Counted from the first letter of the stretch, positions 28,366 to 38,066 are shown. The stretch: 64,000 nt of DNA from Myxococcota bacterium (GCA_965247115.1 CBDFGR010000002.1:2016001-2080000), one strand, 5' to 3'. A program made the numbers and translations. The notes: generated by a model from the letters alone, not told the origin.

Positions 28366-28449
28366 GTCAGGCCCCAGTCGCGGTCAAGGCCATGCCGAGC
28401 GCAACGACGCTCGCGAACAGGCGGAAACCGCGCTCCGCATCCCGGACAT
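28366..28449 (-). pseudogene. Frameshifted 5' (signal-peptide) fragment of a paralogue of the cytochrome c gene at 8087
   Basis: Reverse complement begins ATGTCCGG and shares the exact 23-mer GTTGCGCTCGGCATGGCCTTGAC (28383-28405) with 8132-8154; its ATG overlaps the LLM stop (TGATG). Confidence 0.8.
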
Positions 28450-29444
28450 CACGAGCCGAGCAGGCGCTCTAGCTGCTTGCCGGCCTCGGTGGGCGAGCCG
28501 TCGGGCATCCCGACCATCTGGAGATCGGCACCGAGAGCGGCGCGCTCCTTCAGCTGCTCACTCACCGACTCGCGCGGACCGATCACCTGGATCTCGCGCA
28601 CCATGCGCTCCGAGATGGCAGCGAGAGCTCCGTCGGCGTCGCGCTCTGCCCACGCGGCCCGCGATGCGGCCACCTCGGCCTCGAAGCCGTTGCTGGCGAG
28701 CATGCGCCAGTAGAAGTCGCCCATGCGGTTCGTGTAGAAGAAGAGCGGCTGGCGGGCCGCGCGCCACTGCGCCTCGTCGTCGCCCTCGCCGAGCACATAC
28801 ACGTTCGTGAACGGCGCGATCGTGATCTCACTGACCGAGCGCCCCGCGCTCTCCGCACCGGCACCCAGCTGCTTGCGCAGCGACTCGAAGCGCTGTTTGG
28901 GCCAATGGATCGGGAAGATCCCGTCCGCGATCTCGCCCGACTGGTGGATCGACGTGGGCGTGATCGACGCGATGTAGACGGGAACGTGCCTGCGCGGCCG
29001 CTCGTAGTCCAGCCGAAAGCCGCGCTTGAGCTGGAAGAGCTCGCCTTCGTACTGCAGGCTTTCACCGGCGATCAGCAGGTTGAAGATCTCGACATACTCC
29101 CGGATCCGGCGCAGCGGCTTCTCGAACGGCACACCGTGAAAGTGCTCGATCACCCGCTGCCCGGAGGACCCGAGCCCACAGACCATGCGGCCGCCCGAGA
29201 GCTCCTCGAGCGCGGCGAACTCCTGCGCGATCGCCGCGGGAGAACGCGAGTACGTGTTCAGGATCGAGGTCCCGATCTGGATCCGCTCCGTATTCGTGGC
29301 GAGCAGGGTCATCCACGGCAGGGTCGATTTTCCCCAGGCTTCCCCGGTTGCGACGAGCTCGTAGCCCAGCCCCTCCGCGATCCGAACCTTCTCCAACGAC
29401 TGCCGCCAGTCCTTCCCCGCCGCCGCCAGGACCCCAAGCCGCAT
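28449..29444 (-). CDS. LLM-class flavin/F420-dependent oxidoreductase
   Basis: AEGLGYE...GEAWG, TERIQIGTSILNTYSRSPA, LSGGRMVCGLGSSG...IEHFHG, GEIADG. Confidence 0.88.
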   Translation of the reverse strand: MRLGVLAAAGKDWRQSLEKVRIAEGLGYELVATGEAWGKSTLPWMTLLATNTERIQIGTSILNTYSRSPAAIAQEFAALEELSGGRMVCGLGSSGQRVIEHFHGVPFEKPLRRIREYVEIFNLLIAGESLQYEGELFQLKRGFRLDYERPRRHVPVYIASITPTSIHQSGEIADGIFPIHWPKQRFESLRKQLGAGAESAGRSVSEITIAPFTNVYVLGEGDDEAQWRAARQPLFFYTNRMGDFYWRMLASNGFEAEVAASRAAWAERDADGALAAISERMVREIQVIGPRESVSEQLKERAALGADLQMVGMPDGSPTEAGKQLERLLGS

Positions 29445-29549
29445 GGCTATCTCCCCTGCGCGGGCGCCGCCCGCCGATAGCACGGCCCGCTGATCGCCCG
29501 AATGTGAGCATCTTACCAGCCGCCCGGCCCACGACGACGGCTCAACCGG

Positions 29550-29891
29550 TCAGGGAAGCTGGTCTCCTTCATGACAGCCTTGACAGTCTCGGGTCGGTCC
29601 AGCTGCCAGATCATCGCGCTGACGGTCGACGTGGCAATCCCGGCAAAGCTCGTGAAACATGGCCTCGATGGAGCTGGCGATGGCCGGGCTGTCCTTGTGA
29701 CAGCTGAAGCACGACGTGCCGCCGGTGTTGTCGACGAAGTTGTGGTGGCAGTCCACGCAATTCACCTCCTGATGATCGATGTGCGCGAAGCTCACGGGCA
29801 GCATGGGCGCCGCCGCTATCTGGGCGTTGCGCACGTAGGCCAGCAGCGTCGCGCACAAACCGATGGCGACACTGAACGCGACCCAGCGCAT
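29550..29891 (-). CDS. Small tetrahaem cytochrome c3-like (class III) protein
   Basis: N-terminal hydrophobic segment; FAHIDH, CVDCHH, CFSCH, FHELCRDCH, GPTRDCQGCH. Confidence 0.85.
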   Translation of the reverse strand: MRWVAFSVAIGLCATLLAYVRNAQIAAAPMLPVSFAHIDHQEVNCVDCHHNFVDNTGGTSCFSCHKDSPAIASSIEAMFHELCRDCHVDRQRDDLAAGPTRDCQGCHEGDQLP

Positions 29892-30559
29892 CAGATCAGC
29901 TTCAACGCGGCGTAAAGACAGGCGGCCGCAATGGCGGCGCCCGTTCCGAGGACGGCGTCCCGGTCCGCCTGGCGGGTGCTCGTCACACCGGCGAGGTGCG
30001 GGAGGCGCTCGCCCTGCCAGCGCCGGAGAAAAGCCGCCGCCGGCAGGGCGAGGAGAAGAACCGCGAGCCACTTCCTCTCGTAACTGGCCGAGGCGTAGAA
30101 CGCGGCGCCCAGCACATGCCAGGCTGCTAGCCCCAGCGCGGCCGCGGCAAGCACCCGATGCCAGAGGCGGAACTGGGCGAACCGGGCGAAAACTCGCCGC
30201 CGGACCGGAGGAAAAGAGGTGAGCGACAGAACCACCATGCAGAGGAACGCCACCAGGCCCGCGTGCATGTACCAGGGGGCTTTGAGTTTGAGGTACTCCA
30301 GCACCAGCGGATCGGCCACGATCAGGCCGGCCGCGTGCGCAGCGGCCAGAGCCACAGCGCCGAGGGCAAGGCTGCTGTGCAGCCTGAGCCTGGGCTGGCG
30401 GGCGGGCGACTCGGAGTCCCAGCCGAGGTAGACGAGGCCGGCCAAAGCGCCGAATCCCAACCCGTTCAGGAAATCCCAGACGAAGCCGCCGCCGGGGGCG
30501 ATGCCATCGAGCATCGTCACGCCGAGCACAGCGACGACAAACAGGCAGAACAGTGGCAT
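29891..30559 (-). CDS. Ferric-reductase-like transmembrane (haem b) protein
   Basis: About six TM helices with paired His (LRLHSSL...AAAHA; LWHRVL...AWHV); stop overlaps the cytochrome start. Confidence 0.7.
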   Translation of the reverse strand: MPLFCLFVVAVLGVTMLDGIAPGGGFVWDFLNGLGFGALAGLVYLGWDSESPARQPRLRLHSSLALGAVALAAAHAAGLIVADPLVLEYLKLKAPWYMHAGLVAFLCMVVLSLTSFPPVRRRVFARFAQFRLWHRVLAAAALGLAAWHVLGAAFYASASYERKWLAVLLLALPAAAFLRRWQGERLPHLAGVTSTRQADRDAVLGTGAAIAAACLYAALKLI

Positions 30560-30677
30560 AAAAGCGGAGCGACCCCCGAGAGTGGGCAGAGGCTACCAGA
30601 GATCTGGGTCCGCTTACTTTCTGGCCTTCCGCGATTTATGATGACGAGCTACTTGGTGCGACAACCTGGGAGGTCAA

Positions 30678-32090
30678 GTGCACGCGGATATTCTCGCGCA
30701 GTTCGATTTCTCTGACCCGCACCGGTCTTGGATGTCGCGCGACGAGGACCACGTGCTCGGGTGGCGCTACGAGCCGCGGATCGTGTTCGAAGGCGGTCGG
30801 GGCACCCAGCTCATCGACGTGGACGGAAACGAGTACTACGACTTGAGCTCCGGCATGATGTCGATGGTGCTCGGGCACAATCACCCCGAGCTCTCGGCCA
30901 CGCTGCGGAGCCAGGCCGAGAAGCTCTGCCACCAGGCCTCGTGGTACACGAACCCCTGGAGCATTGAATACGCGGAGCTCGTGGCCGAAACCCTGCCGGA
31001 AGGGCTCGAGGTGACCAACTTTGCGGTTACCGGATCCGAGGCGAATGAGATCGCCCTGCGGATGGCGATCGGTGCGACCGGTAAGTTCGAGCTAGTCTCG
31101 CTCATGCACGGGCTGCATGGCGGCACGTTGGCGGTCGAGTCGCTGACCACCGTAGGCGGGGTGCGACGCAGCAATCTGGGCCCGCTGCTGATGCCGGCTG
31201 CGCGCAACGCCATCTATGGGCCCACTTGCTATCGGTGCCCGATCAACCTCGAATACCCGAGCTGCGGGGTGGCCTGCGTCGAGGCGAGCGAGGATCGCCT
31301 CGAGCACCTGTCCACTCACGAAGTCGCCGCCATCGTCGCGGAGACGATACAGGTACCCGGCGGTATGAACGTTCCACCACCGGAGTATCTTCCGAAGCTC
31401 AAGGCGCTCGCCGAGAAATGGGATGCCCTACTGATTCTCGACGAGGCGCAGCTCGCGCCGGGTCGCACCGGCCGGATGTGGTCGTTCGAGCACTTCGGCA
31501 TCGTCCCGGACATCGTTACCTTCGGAAAAGGGATGTCGGCGGGGATGGCAATAACCGGAACGGTGACTACGCCGGAGATCGCCGAGCGAGCCCGCGGCAA
31601 GGCCGGCGTACCTTGGGCCGGAACCTATTCGAGCGATCCCCTGCCTGCTGCCGTTGCGCTCGAGCAGCTCAAGATCGTGCGGCGCGACAACCTCACCGAG
31701 CGGGCGGCGGAGCTCGGCGAGATCCTCCGCGAGCGGCTGGACCGACTTCACCAGCGCTTCGAGTGCATCGGCGACCTCCGCGGCCTCGGCCTCTATCAGA
31801 TGCTCGACATCGTGCACGATCGGAAATCGAAGAAGCCAGACTTCGAAACGGCAGAGCGGATACGATTCAACGCCGTGCACGAGGGGCTGATCCTGCTCAC
31901 CTCCCGCAACTGCGTTCGGCTCGTCCCACCGCTCGTGATCACCGAAGCCGAGATCGACGATGTCGTCGGTCGGTTGGAAACGGCGTTCGTTCGAACCGAG
32001 GAGGGTCACCCGAAGGGGCTAGACCTCGCCAGCGCGTACGAGGGCTCGAGCTCGCTGGCCCAGCGGCGCGGGCCGACAGGCGTTCGCTGA
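30678..32090 (+). CDS. Class III PLP aminotransferase, dialkylglycine-decarboxylase-like branch
   Basis: YDLSSGMMSMVLGH, GSEANE, LILDEAQ, PDIVTFGKG, SDPLPAAV; GGGAGG RBS before GTG. Confidence 0.88.
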   Translation: MHADILAQFDFSDPHRSWMSRDEDHVLGWRYEPRIVFEGGRGTQLIDVDGNEYYDLSSGMMSMVLGHNHPELSATLRSQAEKLCHQASWYTNPWSIEYAELVAETLPEGLEVTNFAVTGSEANEIALRMAIGATGKFELVSLMHGLHGGTLAVESLTTVGGVRRSNLGPLLMPAARNAIYGPTCYRCPINLEYPSCGVACVEASEDRLEHLSTHEVAAIVAETIQVPGGMNVPPPEYLPKLKALAEKWDALLILDEAQLAPGRTGRMWSFEHFGIVPDIVTFGKGMSAGMAITGTVTTPEIAERARGKAGVPWAGTYSSDPLPAAVALEQLKIVRRDNLTERAAELGEILRERLDRLHQRFECIGDLRGLGLYQMLDIVHDRKSKKPDFETAERIRFNAVHEGLILLTSRNCVRLVPPLVITEAEIDDVVGRLETAFVRTEEGHPKGLDLASAYEGSSSLAQRRGPTGVR

Positions 32091-34165
32091 TGCCCTATCG
32101 GGTCGGTATCGACATCGGGGGAACCTTCACCGATCTGGTCTTCCTGGACGAGAGCGGCAACGTGATCAGCGTCAAGGTGCCGTCGACCCCGACTGATTAT
32201 GCGAAAGGGATCGAGTCGGGCCTGGGCGCGCTGCAGCGAGAGGGCCGTATCTCGGGGGACGCGATCAGCGAGATCATTCACGGCACGACGGTCGCCACGA
32301 ATACGATCCTCGAGCACAAGGGTGCGCGCACTGGCTTGCTGACGACTGAGGGATTCCGCGATGTCCTGGAGATCCGGCGCCTGCGGATGCCCGTTCTCTA
32401 CGATCTGCGCTGGCGAAAGCCGGAGCCCCTCGTGCCGCGGGCGCGGCGTCTCGAGGTGGTGGAACGCGTCGACCACCGCGGCGAGATCGACACCCCGCTC
32501 GATCTTGACCAGGCTCGCGAGTCGATCCGGACGCTGCTCGCGACCGACGTATCCGCCATCGCGATCTGCCTTCTGAACGCATACGCCAACGGCGTCCACG
32601 AGCGGCAGCTGCGCGAGCTTGTCAGGGAAGAGAGCAGCGACGTTTCGGTGTGCCTGTCCTCCGAGGTGCTTCCCGAGATCAGAGAGTACGAGCGGACCAG
32701 CACTACGGTGGTCAACGCGTACATCGCCCCTATGGTCGAGCGCTACATCCGATCGCTCGAAGCGGTGCTTGCGAGACTGAACATCGCGGCTCCCTTTCTC
32801 GTGATGCAGTCGAACGGCGGTGCGATGGGGGCGCGGATGGCAGCAGACAAACCCATCCACATCATCGAGTCCGGACCGGCCGCAGGAGTGGTCGGGGGCG
32901 CGGAGCTCGCGAAGCGTCTCGAGCTCGAGAATGTGTTGACGTTCGACATGGGGGGCACCACGGCCAAGACCTCGATGGTGGAGAAGGGGCAGTACGACCG
33001 CGTGGGCGAGCTCGACGTTGGCGCCGGCATCAACGCGGCACGCCTCTTGACCGGTGGCGGCTACGTCGTGCGGGTGCCGGCGATCGACATCGCGGAGGTC
33101 GGGGCCGGAGGCGGGAGCCTCGTCGGGATCGACCCCGGCGGCGCACTCACGGTAGGACCGGAGAGCGCCGGCGCCGAGCCCGGTCCGGTCTGTTACGGAC
33201 GCGGGAACGAGACTCCCACCGTGACCGACGCCAATCTCGCGCTCGGCTACCTGAACCCCGCGTACCTCGTGGGCGGGGCGCTCGCCCTCGATCGCGATCG
33301 CGCTCTCGTCGCGATCGAGGAGAAGCTAGCGCGACCTCTCGGGCTCTCGGTCGAGCAGACGGCTCACGGCGTCCACACCGTGGCCAACGCGGCGATGAGC
33401 CGAGCGTTGCGCTCCGTTTCCAGTGAGAGGGGGCGGGATCCGCGCGACTTCGCGCTTGTCGCCTTCGGCGGCAACGGTGGAGTCCATGCGGCATCGCTGG
33501 CGGAGCTGATGGGCATGACCGAGATCGTCATTCCGCCGGTGGCCGGTGTATACAGCGCCCTGGGACTGCTGTTCCCCGAGACCCAGCATCACTACGTGCG
33601 CACGTTCAAACATGCGCTCGATGCAATGGATCAGACACGCCTGGAGAGCGGCTTCGGTGTGCTGGAGGCAGAGGGGCGAGCCGCGCTGGCCGAGGAAGGC
33701 TATGCCGATCGGACCCGGCTCGAGCGTCTCGTGGATATGCGCTACGCGGGCGAGAACTCCGAGCTCACCGTCCCGGCGCCGGTCGGCATCGATGCCCCCG
33801 GGCTCGCAGAGGCCTTTCACCGCGCTCACGACCGAACCTACGGCTACCGGTCAGAGGAAGAGACGGTCGAGCTCATCAACGTGCGGGTGATTGCGACCGG
33901 CCTCTCCGAGAGCGGTCGGGTCCCGGACGAGTTGCGCTCGGTCGTGACGGCCGACGTCGTCCGCGAGCTCGAGCCGCGTGAGGCGTATTTCGGGAGCGAG
34001 CACGACTGGCTCAAGACGCCGGTGGTGGAGCGGGATGGGCTCGATCGCGATCCCCGCGCCGGTCCCCTCATCGTCGAGGACTACGCTGCGACCACGGTCG
34101 TCCCACCGGGTGCCACGATTCGTCGATGCGATTGGGATGTCCTGCGCATCGATCTTGCTCCGTAG
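32090..34165 (+). CDS. Hydantoinase A / 5-oxoprolinase family ATP-binding subunit
   Basis: GIDIGGTFTD, HGTTVATN, EYERTSTT, SGPAAG, DMGGTT, GAGGGS, TVTDAN; TGATG coupling to upstream gene. Confidence 0.93.
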   Translation: MPYRVGIDIGGTFTDLVFLDESGNVISVKVPSTPTDYAKGIESGLGALQREGRISGDAISEIIHGTTVATNTILEHKGARTGLLTTEGFRDVLEIRRLRMPVLYDLRWRKPEPLVPRARRLEVVERVDHRGEIDTPLDLDQARESIRTLLATDVSAIAICLLNAYANGVHERQLRELVREESSDVSVCLSSEVLPEIREYERTSTTVVNAYIAPMVERYIRSLEAVLARLNIAAPFLVMQSNGGAMGARMAADKPIHIIESGPAAGVVGGAELAKRLELENVLTFDMGGTTAKTSMVEKGQYDRVGELDVGAGINAARLLTGGGYVVRVPAIDIAEVGAGGGSLVGIDPGGALTVGPESAGAEPGPVCYGRGNETPTVTDANLALGYLNPAYLVGGALALDRDRALVAIEEKLARPLGLSVEQTAHGVHTVANAAMSRALRSVSSERGRDPRDFALVAFGGNGGVHAASLAELMGMTEIVIPPVAGVYSALGLLFPETQHHYVRTFKHALDAMDQTRLESGFGVLEAEGRAALAEEGYADRTRLERLVDMRYAGENSELTVPAPVGIDAPGLAEAFHRAHDRTYGYRSEEETVELINVRVIATGLSESGRVPDELRSVVTADVVRELEPREAYFGSEHDWLKTPVVERDGLDRDPRAGPLIVEDYAATTVVPPGATIRRCDWDVLRIDLAP

Positions 34166-34174
34166 CGGGGAGAG

Positions 34175-35905
34175 ATGAACGAGCCATTCACGCTAGAGCT
34201 GCTGAAGAACGGGCTTCAGACGATCTCCGACGAGATGGCGGTCACCGTGGCCCGTACCGCGCGATCCTTCGTCGTCAAGGAGGCTCTGGACTTCTCGACC
34301 GCGCTATTCGACGAGCGCGGGACCCTCATCTCCCAGGGCACGTGCCTGCCGCTCCATCTCGGCAGCATGCCGTCTGCCGTCGAGGCGGTTCGCAACCGCT
34401 ACGGCAGCGACCTGCATCCGGGCGATATCTTCGCCCTCAACGATCCCTACGAGGGTGGGACCCATCTCCCCGACATCATCTGCGTGCAGCCCGTCTTTCT
34501 CGCCCAGGACCTGGTCGGATTCTCCACGACCCTGGCTCATCAGACCGACATCGGTGGACGGGTGCCGGGCGGCAACGCGAGCGATTCGACCGAGATCTAC
34601 CAGGAAGGGCTCCGCATCCCGCCGCTCAGGCTCTTCTCGCGAGGAGAGCCAAACGAAACGTTGTTCCGGCTGCTCAGCATCAACGTCCGGGTGCCGGACA
34701 AGGTGCTCGGAGACGTCCGGAGCCAGGTCGCGGCGTGCCGCACCGGGGAGCGACGGCTCATGGATCTCATCCGTCGGGTCGGTGGCATAGCCCCCTTCCG
34801 CAGCAACACGCGGGCCCTGCTCGACTACACCGAGCGCTTCACCCGTTCCGAGCTCTCCAAGCTTCCCGGTGGACGCTACGAGTTCGTGGACTACCTCGAC
34901 GGCGACGGTATCGAGCCGGGCGTGATCGAGTTCCGGGTCGCGATAACGGTCGAAGGCGATCACATGACGGTGGATTTCACCGGCACCTCTCCCCAGGTCC
35001 GGGGCGCGATCAACTCCGTGTACTCGTTCACCGCGTCCGCGGCATGGGCGTGCGTGCGTTCGATCCTCGACCGCGATATCCCCAACAACGCCGGCTTCTT
35101 CCGGCCGATCGAGGTCATCGCTCCCAAGGGCACGATCGTCAACCCGCTTCCGCCGGCTCCGGTTGCTGCTCGCGGGCTAACCGGGTTTCGCATTGCAGAC
35201 ACGGTGTTCGGTGCGCTCGCCAAGATCCGGCCTGAGCTGGTTCCCGCCTCCGGTTCGAGCTCACCCGATGCCGGGGTGAGCTTCGGCGGCTACGCCAAGG
35301 ACGGCAAGCCCTTCGTCTTCCTCGAGTTCCTGGTGGGCTCGTGGGGCGGCGGGCCCGACCGGGACGGGATGGATGCTTGCACCGGAATGATCATCAACTA
35401 CTCGAATACTCCGGCCGAGCTGCTGGAGACGGAGCAGCCGCTGCGGGTCGACCGGTACGCATTCGTTCCGGACAGCGGAGGAGAGGGGCGCTACCGAGGG
35501 GGCCTGGCCATGGAACGCCATCTGCGTGTCCTGGCTGACGAGGCGATCCTGCAGATCCGCTCCGACCGGCGCGATGTCCCACCGTACGGACTCGAAGGCG
35601 GCGCCACCGGTGCGCCCTCCAGCGTCTCGATTCTCCGAGCGGATGGAGAGGAGCACGAGTATCCCGCCAAGTTCCTGACCAACGTCTACAAGGGCGACGT
35701 GCTAAAGGTCAGGCTCGCAGGTGGTGGCGGTTACGGCGATCCACTATCCCGACCGCCCGAATCGGTACTGGAAGACGTCATCCATGAGAAGATCTCAGCG
35801 GCGGGAGCGGCCCGAGACTACGGGGTAGCGATTCGGGGCACACCACCCCGGATCGATGCCGACGAGACGCTCCTGCTCCGCAAGAGGGGGCGGGCCGCGC
35901 CCTGA
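34175..35905 (+). CDS. Hydantoinase B / oxoprolinase family subunit
   Basis: DFSTALFD, HLGSM, NDPYEGGTHLPD, HQTDIGG, EGLRIPP, DSGGEGRYRGG, GGGGYGDP. Confidence 0.93.
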   Translation: MNEPFTLELLKNGLQTISDEMAVTVARTARSFVVKEALDFSTALFDERGTLISQGTCLPLHLGSMPSAVEAVRNRYGSDLHPGDIFALNDPYEGGTHLPDIICVQPVFLAQDLVGFSTTLAHQTDIGGRVPGGNASDSTEIYQEGLRIPPLRLFSRGEPNETLFRLLSINVRVPDKVLGDVRSQVAACRTGERRLMDLIRRVGGIAPFRSNTRALLDYTERFTRSELSKLPGGRYEFVDYLDGDGIEPGVIEFRVAITVEGDHMTVDFTGTSPQVRGAINSVYSFTASAAWACVRSILDRDIPNNAGFFRPIEVIAPKGTIVNPLPPAPVAARGLTGFRIADTVFGALAKIRPELVPASGSSSPDAGVSFGGYAKDGKPFVFLEFLVGSWGGGPDRDGMDACTGMIINYSNTPAELLETEQPLRVDRYAFVPDSGGEGRYRGGLAMERHLRVLADEAILQIRSDRRDVPPYGLEGGATGAPSSVSILRADGEEHEYPAKFLTNVYKGDVLKVRLAGGGGYGDPLSRPPESVLEDVIHEKISAAGAARDYGVAIRGTPPRIDADETLLLRKRGRAAP

Positions 35906-35938
35906 TTGATTCGAATTGGCAATTTATAGGAGTCCCCA

Positions 35939-37132
35939 ATGCAGGCACCTCTCCGCTTCGGAATTTTTCTCGCACCGTTTCACCCGGCCGGCCAGAACCC
36001 CACCCTGGCGCTAGAGCGCGACCTCGAGCTGATCGAGCTACTGGATGTACTTGGCTACGACGAGGCGTGGATCGGCGAACACCATTCTGCGGGACTCGAG
36101 ATCATCGCGTCTCCCGAGGTGTTCATCGCGGCGGCCGCCGGGCGCACGCGTCACATTCGGCTGGGGACTGGGGTGAGCTCCCTTCCCTATCACCATCCGC
36201 TGATCCTGGCGGACCGCATGGTGCAGCTCGACCACATGACCCGAGGACGCACCATGTTCGGCGTGGGTCCAGGTGCCTTGCCGTCGGATGCCGCGATGCA
36301 GGGAATCGACGCCGGGCATCAGCGCCGCCGGATGGAGGAGTCCCTCGAAGCCATCATGGCGCTGCTGACTTCCGACGAGCCGGTGACCAGGGAGACCGAC
36401 TGGTTCACGCTGAACGAGGCGCGTCTGCAGCTGCGTCCCTACACGCACCCTCATTTCGAGATCGCGGTGGCAGCCATGGTGTCTCCGGCGGGCCCGCGCA
36501 CGGCGGGGCGTTTCGGCGCCGGACTGTTGTCCCTGGGCGCCACCAGCGCGGGCGGCTTCAAGGTGCTCGGGGATCACTGGAAGGTCTGGAGCGAGCAGGC
36601 CGAGGAGTCGGGCTTCAGCGCACAGCGCTCGGCCTGGCGCGCCGTGGGTCCGATGCACATAGCGGCGACCCGCGAGCAGGCCTTCGCCGACGTCGAGTAT
36701 GGCATCCACGAATGGATCGACTACTTCCGCAATGTCGTGGTGCTGCCGATGGCACCGGACGAGCCCGATCCCAAGAAGTGGGTCCAGGCCTTGGTGGAGT
36801 GCGGCAATGCGGTGATCGGTACGCCGGATGATGCAGCGGCGCAGCTCGAACGCCTGCAGAAGCAGACCGACGGCTTTGGGTGCTACCTGTTGATGGCCCA
36901 CGATTGGGCCGACTGGGACGCGACGCGACGCTCCTACTCGCTCCTCGCAAAGGAAGTCTTCCCCGCCTTCCAGGGCTCCGCCGAGCGTGCGGTGGGCTCC
37001 CGCGAGTGGGCCCGAGAGGGACACGACCGCTTCATGGGCGCGGGCATGGCCGCCGTGCAAGAGGAGATCGACCGGCACGCCGCGAAGACCGGCTATCAGG
37101 TGGGGCCGCCGATCGAAGGATCCGAGGACTGA
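35939..37132 (+). CDS. LLM-class flavin monooxygenase (limonene 1,2-monooxygenase-like)
   Basis: FGIFLAPFH, GYDEAWIGEHHS, IRLGTGVSSLPYHHP, QLDHMTRGR, GVGPGALPSD. Confidence 0.88.
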   Translation: MQAPLRFGIFLAPFHPAGQNPTLALERDLELIELLDVLGYDEAWIGEHHSAGLEIIASPEVFIAAAAGRTRHIRLGTGVSSLPYHHPLILADRMVQLDHMTRGRTMFGVGPGALPSDAAMQGIDAGHQRRRMEESLEAIMALLTSDEPVTRETDWFTLNEARLQLRPYTHPHFEIAVAAMVSPAGPRTAGRFGAGLLSLGATSAGGFKVLGDHWKVWSEQAEESGFSAQRSAWRAVGPMHIAATREQAFADVEYGIHEWIDYFRNVVVLPMAPDEPDPKKWVQALVECGNAVIGTPDDAAAQLERLQKQTDGFGCYLLMAHDWADWDATRRSYSLLAKEVFPAFQGSAERAVGSREWAREGHDRFMGAGMAAVQEEIDRHAAKTGYQVGPPIEGSED

Positions 37133-37207
37133 TACGTCGAAGGGGATTCCGCCGAAGAGCTGGCTTGGGGGCGTTGGGCTGTACCACGTTTGTGGCATGT
37201 GCCCGCG

Positions 37208-37708
37208 TCACACGCCGGGCGGCCCCCGTTGTGGACCGGCTTGCGGCTCGAACTTCGGGACATACCGGTTGAAGACGACGCGCCACGCGTCCATCTCGAA
37301 CTCTGTGGGAGTCCGCTCGGCGAGCACCGCTTCCAGATCCGAAAGGCACATCTCCCAGCCGGCGGCGTCCCTCGCCGCGATCGAGCTGTCTTCGAAGCTC
37401 TCTGAGAAGATCAGCCTGCAGTTGTCTCCCTCCGCGATCAGCTCGCAGCGCAGGACGCTCTCGCCCCACCGGTACGCGAGCAGCCGTGGCGGATCTACGG
37501 CCAGGACCTCTCCGCGGAAGTCCTCGCTCTTCATGACAAAGCGCAGCTTGGCGCCCACGGTCCACTCCCCCTCCACCTCCTGGGGGAACCACTGGTTCAG
37601 CAGGCCCGGTTCCGTCAGCACCCGCCACACCTTCTCCGGTGGATGAGCCAGCTGCCGTTCGAACCGCACCGTGTATGTCGGCCCATCCTTCGTTAACGAA
37701 GCGTCCAT
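37208..37708 (-). CDS. SRPBCC/AHSA1 domain protein
   Basis: VRFERQLAHPPEKVWRVLTEP...WFP, DPPRLLAYRWG, AAGWEMCL. Confidence 0.88.
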   Translation of the reverse strand: MDASLTKDGPTYTVRFERQLAHPPEKVWRVLTEPGLLNQWFPQEVEGEWTVGAKLRFVMKSEDFRGEVLAVDPPRLLAYRWGESVLRCELIAEGDNCRLIFSESFEDSSIAARDAAGWEMCLSDLEAVLAERTPTEFEMDAWRVVFNRYVPKFEPQAGPQRGPPGV

Positions 37709-37709
37709 C

Positions 37710-38024
37710 TCAATCCTCCTCCATTGACTCCAGGGTTCGTTCCATCGCATCCAGGTGCTCGTTCCAGAAGTCGCGGTACGGGGCCAGCCACTCGTCCACC
37801 TCGCGCAGCCCGGCGGCGTCGAGGCGATAGATCCGCCGCTGCGCATCTACCCGGACCGTCGCCAGCCCTGCCTCCCGCAACACCCGGAGCTGCTTCGAGA
37901 CCGCCGGCTGGTTCATCTCCAGCCGCTCGACCAGCTCACCTACCGACCGCTCCCCCGCCCGCAGCTCGTCGAGCACGCGCCTTCGCGTTGGGTCGGCCAG
38001 AAGCTCGAACGCCGTCGTCATCAT
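37710..38024 (-). CDS. ArsR/SmtB family transcriptional regulator
   Basis: FELLADPTRRRVL, SVGEL, QPAVSKQLRVLREAGL, AQRRIYRL. Confidence 0.92.
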   Translation of the reverse strand: MMTTAFELLADPTRRRVLDELRAGERSVGELVERLEMNQPAVSKQLRVLREAGLATVRVDAQRRIYRLDAAGLREVDEWLAPYRDFWNEHLDAMERTLESMEED

Positions 38025-38031
38025 TTCGGCT

Positions 38032-38066
38032 AAAGTGCCTCAATCGGCATATGCCTGTCAAGGCAT
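38032..38066 (-). promoter_or_regulatory. Two tandem 16-bp palindromic operators overlapping a TTGACA -35 box (probable ArsR autorepression)
   Basis: GTGCC-TCAATC-GGCAT (38035-38050) and ATGCC-TGTCAA-GGCAT (38051-38066); TGTCAA reads TTGACA on the minus strand. Confidence 0.65.

Noticed and set aside
31226..32089. 979-aa hydantoinase A with long N-terminal extension
   Set aside because: The extension overlaps the aminotransferase out of frame; family homology starts at ATG 32090 (TGATG coupling)
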